From positions 88,100 to 152,099 of the forward strand of contig CAUZDW010000003.1 in NCBI GenBank assembly GCA_963578825.1: a stretch of DNA of 64,000 bases, written 5' to 3'. The position numbers and the translations under genes were made by a program. Every line of letters begins with the position of its first letter. Position 1 is the stretch's first letter. A model generated the notes under the pieces. That model had not been told where the DNA came from. It ran no database searches and was given only the letters and a program-made list of their open reading frames with translations. Of the stretch, positions 60,002 to 64,000 are shown piece after piece. Source of the stretch: Vicinamibacteria bacterium. GTDB taxonomy: Bacteria > Acidobacteriota > Vicinamibacteria > Fen-336.

Positions 60002-61111
60002 TCAAGATCCCTCGTTACTGTGCCGGTTTTGTGCCGGTTCTCGGTCCACAGAGGCCACTTCGAGCGCCTTTGACAGTGTGGTCGTAGGCTCCAAGTAGTT
60101 GATGGAGTTGACTGAGTTGCTGGTGTTGACCTTGGGGTCTGCGTTCAAGTCCCACCTCCGGCACCAGTCGCGCGCTTGAGCCTCAACACCGTCTGCGCCC
60201 GCCGAAGGTGGCTGTGCCGGTATTGTGCCGGTCCTCATCCTGCCCATGTTGACGACGTTCCTCTCCTTGGGCTGAGCTTCTAGCCAAGCTTCGGCGGTCT
60301 GGAGGGCAGCAGCGGTCTCTGTTTCCTCGATGATGTTGTAGCGGTCCAGCATGGATCTGGTCTTGTGGCCGCTCACCTTCATGGCGATGGTGGGGTCCAC
60401 GCCGGAACGGATGAGGGTGCGGACGGCCGAGCGCCGAAGATCGTGGAAGAGCCGGCTTGGAGGTAGCCCCGCGGCGTTCAGGGCGGAGCGCCATCGATCT
60501 CGGAAGGGACCCATCTTCCTGCCGGAACGGTGGAAGATCAGTGGGCAGTCGAACCGTCGGGATTGTAGGCGCCGCTCGATGATGGTCCGAGTCCGACCGG
60601 CGAACCCGAACGCACGCCCGTCTTTGTTCTTCACGATGCGACTCGGGACGCGGAGGACCCAGGTGCCCTCAGAGCGGTCCAGCATGTCCCAGGTGAGCTG
60701 ACTGATCTCACCCCGACGCATCCCTGTCAGCCAACCCCACTCGATGAAATCGCCCACGTCCGAGTCGTCCATGTGGGAGAGGAGGGCGTTGACCTCGGCG
60801 AGTGCGGCGATGGTGCAGTCCACGGTCGACCGGACCGCTACGCCCTGCTTGCGGAGTGAACGGCAAAGCTCCGCGGCACGGAGGTAGAGCTCGATACCCG
60901 ACGGCTCCAGGAAGAGCAGATCCTGGAATGATCGCTGGATCGCGCCTCGCTCTCGATCGCGACGAAGGCCCTGGAAGACCTCGGCCGCCACAATCCCGCA
61001 CGTATAGATGTCCTCCTCGCCCTGGAGCAGGTCAGTCAGGGCGTCGGCGGCCGGCGAGGGGAAGCCGTTCAGGTAGTCCACCCAGGCCGAAGTGTCGACG
61101 AGGACGCTCAC
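60002..61111 (-). CDS. In-frame fusion of VapC/PIN toxin N-terminal part and tyrosine integrase catalytic domain
   Basis: LVDTSAW, AEVFQG, STVDC.IA (PIN) followed by TGMRRGE, KNK, HDLRRS, SGHKT, DRY (integrase). Confidence 0.85.
   Translation of the reverse strand: MSVLVDTSAWVDYLNGFPSPAADALTDLLQGEEDIYTCGIVAAEVFQGLRRDRERGAIQRSFQDLLFLEPSGIELYLRAAELCRSLRKQGVAVRSTVDCTIAALAEVNALLSHMDDSDVGDFIEWGWLTGMRRGEISQLTWDMLDRSEGTWVLRVPSRIVKNKDGRAFGFAGRTRTIIERRLQSRRFDCPLIFHRSGRKMGPFRDRWRSALNAAGLPPSRLFHDLRRSAVRTLIRSGVDPTIAMKVSGHKTRSMLDRYNIIEETETAAALQTAEAWLEAQPKERNVVNMGRMRTGTIPAQPPSAGADGVEAQARDWCRRWDLNADPKVNTSNSVNSINYLEPTTTLSKALEVASVDREPAQNRHSNEGS
60143..60332 (+). repeat. 190-bp direct repeat copy 2 (internal att junction)
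   Basis: Aligns to 53292-53481; TGTGCCGGT pairs on both sides of the core (60019-60038, 60213-60232). Confidence 0.95.
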
Positions 61112-61227
61112 GAGGCCGAGCTCTTGCGCTCCCGGAGCTCATCCAGGTTGCCCTCCCATCGAACCCGTCCCCGGTATTTGAGCAGCCGGCGAACGCGCCG
61201 CCGCCGCGCGTATTCGCGAAGCGCCCA
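61108..61227 (-). pseudogene. VapB-type antitoxin, 5'-truncated remnant
   Basis: WALREYARRRRVRRLLKYRGRVRWEGNLDELRER; GTGA overlap with the PIN start; in-frame stop upstream and no start codon. Confidence 0.75.
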
Positions 61228-61540
61228 GCCGTCCTCGTCATCCCGGGGGCGGTGTTCATGGCACCGTCAAGCGCCGCGTCGATCGTCCCGTTCTGGGCTG
61301 GCCCTCAACTCGGGTCGCCCGAATTGAGGGTCCACGACTCAACTCGTTTCGGGAGGAGTCGAGGGGCAGAGCTCAGCTCTCGCCGGAGGCCGCCACAGCT
61401 TGCTACTGGTACGTTCGGCTCACCAGGAGCACGCGGTCGAACCATGCATCAGGGATGAGGGCTGCCGCTCGCTGTCGAGAGTCAGAGTGTCGCTCGCGGG
61501 GAGCGAAACGGGCTCGATTGGAACCCCCGGCGTTTTCGGT

Positions 61541-61604
61541 GCTAGAGTGGCCAAAGGAGCTGGCTTTGAGCCGGCTCTGGGTCCAAACCCTACCTCCGGC
61601 ACCA
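61541..61604 (+). other. Degenerate tRNA-like element / distal att site
   Basis: GCTAGAG/CTCCGGC-ACCA acceptor-like stem; GCTGG-CTTTGAG-CCGGC arm; degenerate T arm; truncated D arm. Confidence 0.5.
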
Positions 61605-61656
61605 GCCCCTGGGCGGTCCTCCGATAGCCACATCAACACCCAGCCTCGCGCAGCGC

Positions 61657-63825
61657 GTGCTCGACCTCCTGGCGAGCCACGGTCGGCCGCTGTCCGTGCG
61701 CGAGGTGTTCCGGCGGCTCGAGCTCGAGAGTGCCGAGCGCGGCGAGCTCAAGAAGGTCCTTCGCGGGCTGATCGAGGAGGGCACGGTCGTCAAGCTCCGC
61801 GGGGCCCGTGTGGGCCTTCCCTCCCGAATGAACCTGGTGGTGGGGCGGCTTCGGTGCAATCCCGGCGGCTTCGGGTTTGTGATTCCCGACGGCGAGCGCA
61901 AGGGTGGCGGGGATGTGTTCGTCCCTCCTGCCAGCCACAGGGACGCGCTTCACGGCGATCGTGTCGTGGTCCGGGTGGAGCGACGCACGTCCAAGGGACT
62001 CGAGGGGCGGATCATCCGGGTCCTCGAGCGTGCGCAGCAGCGGGTGGTGGGTCGCTACGAGAGCGACGGACGTTTCGGAGGCCACGTGGTGCCCTTCGAC
62101 CGGCGGGTGCTGCAGGAGTTCTTCGTGCCGAAGGGCGAGGAGAAGGGGGCCGAGTCCGGGCAGATGGTGACGGTGGAGATCACCCACCCTCCGACGGCCA
62201 ACCGCAACCCGATGGGTCGGGTCGTGGAGGTGCTGGGCACGCTGACCGACCCGGGTGTCGACCTCAAGGTCGTGATGGCGAAACACAACCTTCCCGATGT
62301 GTTCCCGGAGGAAGTGGAGGCCGAGGCCGAGCGGGTGGCTCGGGCCCCGGGCTCCGGAGAGACCGAAGGCCGCACCGACTTTCGCGACTGGGCCACGGTG
62401 ACCATCGATCCGGCGACAGCGAAGGACCATGACGACGCGGTGAGCATCGAACGCCTCGACGGGGGCGGGTGGCGTCTGGCCGTTCACATCGCCGACGTGG
62501 CCCACTACGTCCAGGAGGGACGGTCCCTCGATGAGGAGGCGTACCTGCGGGGGACGTCGGTCTATTTTCCGGACCGGGTCGTGCCCATGCTCCCGCACGC
62601 CCTGTCGAGCGATGTCTGCAGCTTGGTCGAGGGGAAGGATCGCCTCACCCAGACGGCGGTGCTGGAGCTCGACCCGAAGGGCCGGGTCCAGAGCAGCAAG
62701 CTGCACGACGGCTTGATCAGGAGCGCCGCTCGCCTGAGCTACCAGGACGCCCAGGGGATCGTGGATGGGGACGAGAAGCTCCGGAAGCGCTACGCCGCCG
62801 TCGTGCCGTCCATCGAAGCCATGGACGAGCTCGCAAAGCTCATGCGGCGCAGGCGCTACGAGCGCGGTGCCCTGGACTTCGACCTGCCCGAGCCCAAGCT
62901 GATCCTCGATGAAGACGGCGAGATGACGGGGATCGTCGCCCACGAGCGTCTCGACAGCATGCGCCTCGTGGAAGAGTTTATGCTGGCCGCCAACGAAGCG
63001 GTGGCGGAGACGCTTCACAAGGCGGAGAGGGGGGCTCTCTACCGGGTGCACGAGCGCCCGGATCCCGAGCGCGTGGCGGAGTTCTGCGAGCTCGTGGCCT
63101 CGCTGGGATATCGGATTCCGGGGGACCTGGAGGCGATTCGTCCCGAGGACTTCCAGCTCATCATCCGGCAGATCCAGGGCAAGCCTGAGGAGAAGCTGGT
63201 CTCGTACCTCCTGCTGCGAACGATGAAGCTGGCCCAGTACCACGAGGACAACCTCGGCCACTTCGGACTGGCCACCGACATGTACGCGCATTTCACCAGC
63301 CCGATCCGCCGCTACCCCGACCTCGTGGTCCACCGTGCCCTGAGGGCGCTCCGTGGAGGGCCTGACGCCGAGCGGGAAGCGAGCCTGCGGGAGCGGCTCC
63401 CGGAGATGGGACGTCATCTGTCCGAGGCGGAGAGGCGGGCCGCCGAGGCCGAGCGCGAGCTCATGGAGTGGAAGAAGGTCCGCTTCATGGCCGGCAAGCT
63501 CGGCGAGACGTACCAGGGCTACGTGACCGGCGTGCAGGCCTTCGGGCTCTTCGTCGAGCTCGAGGAGGTCTATGTCCAGGGGCTCGTGCACGTGTCGACG
63601 ATGACGGACGACTACTACCACTTCGACGAGAAGGCCCACCGCCTCAAGGGCGAGAGCAACGACCGGACCTACCGGCTCGGAGACCGGGTCGAGGTTCAGG
63701 TCGTGAAGGTCGACCTGGACAGGCGCCAGATCGATTTCGCCCTAGTGGACGTCCTGGAGCGGGCGGGGGCCAGGCGTCGCAGCCGCGGCCGGGCCAGCCG
63801 TCCCCGGTGGCCTCGCCGGCGATGA
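61657..63825 (+). CDS. rnr: Ribonuclease R (start uncertain; frame open upstream through an in-frame ATA at 61624)
   Basis: GFGFVIP, TIDPATAKDHDDA, VHIADV, EEFMLAAN, HFTSPIRRYPD, S1 domain, basic tail. Confidence 0.96.
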   Translation: MLDLLASHGRPLSVREVFRRLELESAERGELKKVLRGLIEEGTVVKLRGARVGLPSRMNLVVGRLRCNPGGFGFVIPDGERKGGGDVFVPPASHRDALHGDRVVVRVERRTSKGLEGRIIRVLERAQQRVVGRYESDGRFGGHVVPFDRRVLQEFFVPKGEEKGAESGQMVTVEITHPPTANRNPMGRVVEVLGTLTDPGVDLKVVMAKHNLPDVFPEEVEAEAERVARAPGSGETEGRTDFRDWATVTIDPATAKDHDDAVSIERLDGGGWRLAVHIADVAHYVQEGRSLDEEAYLRGTSVYFPDRVVPMLPHALSSDVCSLVEGKDRLTQTAVLELDPKGRVQSSKLHDGLIRSAARLSYQDAQGIVDGDEKLRKRYAAVVPSIEAMDELAKLMRRRRYERGALDFDLPEPKLILDEDGEMTGIVAHERLDSMRLVEEFMLAANEAVAETLHKAERGALYRVHERPDPERVAEFCELVASLGYRIPGDLEAIRPEDFQLIIRQIQGKPEEKLVSYLLLRTMKLAQYHEDNLGHFGLATDMYAHFTSPIRRYPDLVVHRALRALRGGPDAEREASLRERLPEMGRHLSEAERRAAEAERELMEWKKVRFMAGKLGETYQGYVTGVQAFGLFVELEEVYVQGLVHVSTMTDDYYHFDEKAHRLKGESNDRTYRLGDRVEVQVVKVDLDRRQIDFALVDVLERAGARRRSRGRASRPRWPRRR

Positions 63826-63910
63826 GGTTGCCGGCCCGGTTGTGGGTGACGCCCCCTCCCACTAGAATACCCGGGCCGCGCGACACCCTGGCCACCGACG
63901 GAGCACGATC

Positions 63911-64000
63911 GTGACCCCAGCACAGAGACCGACATCCCGTCCCGGCGAGACACGGACGGTGGCGCTGAACCTGACCGCGAAGGAGCTCACCTTCCTCCAG
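63911..64000 (+). CDS. Partial ORF running off the window end
   Basis: GGAG then GTG; open frame with host-like codons to the end. Confidence 0.45.
   Translation, partial: MTPAQRPTSRPGETRTVALNLTAKELTFLQ

Larger units (their letters stand above)
53292..60166. mobile_element. Genomic island 1 integrated at tRNA-Leu (integrase mostly deleted)
   Basis: Identical 24-bp GTTCAAGTCCCACCTCCGGCACCA at both ends; visibly lower GC and more A/T-ending codons; integrase remnant. Confidence 0.88.
60143..61604. mobile_element. Decayed genomic island 2 remnant (integrase/VapBC)
   Basis: Bounded by att core 60143-60166 and degenerate copy GGGTCCAAACCCTACCTCCGGCACCA at 61579-61604. Confidence 0.75.

Noticed and set aside
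61541-61604. Functional tRNA-Gln gene
   Set aside because: Too short, D arm missing, T loop lacks TTC, acceptor mismatch; kept only as a tRNA-like finding
1-64000. CRISPR array or cas genes
   Set aside because: No regularly spaced repeat-spacer series or Cas motifs seen

Overview
High-GC bacterial chromosomal segment. The gene content (acidobacterial-type VWA protein, FecR/DUF6600 protein, DUF4388) suggests Acidobacteriota, but this is an inference. 1-12 kb: type IV pilus minor-pilin/PilY1 operon with a sigma-54 promoter, bracketed by a histidine kinase end and a sigma-54 activator. 12-53 kb: mostly housekeeping and envelope genes (typA, argF, aroB, TerC family, proS, TetR-RND efflux operon, Spy-like gene plus two-component system, pcm, DUF2339/DUF3999, YfhO, tatBC, nfeD/SPFH, lipA, lnt, prfB with its +1 frameshift, PBP1A, FecR-DUF6600). 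53.2-61.6 kb: tRNA-Leu(CAG) followed by a decayed tandem array of integrative elements. Evidence for the array is a 190-bp direct repeat, three att-like copies of the tRNA 3' end and paired arm-type repeats. The first island carries an apparently complete stand-alone Lol-like lipoprotein trafficking set (LolA, LolC/E, LolD, LolB-like) with two candidate partner genes, plus a 451-bp non-autonomous IS derivative. The second remnant has an in-frame VapC(PIN)-tyrosine integrase fusion whose ORF reads through the att site, and it ends in a 64-nt degenerate tRNA-like element. rnr follows. About eight single-base frameshifts in non-essential genes may be long-read consensus errors. No CRISPR array, rRNA or reverse transcriptase was seen. 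All family assignments come from motif recognition by eye, not database searches.
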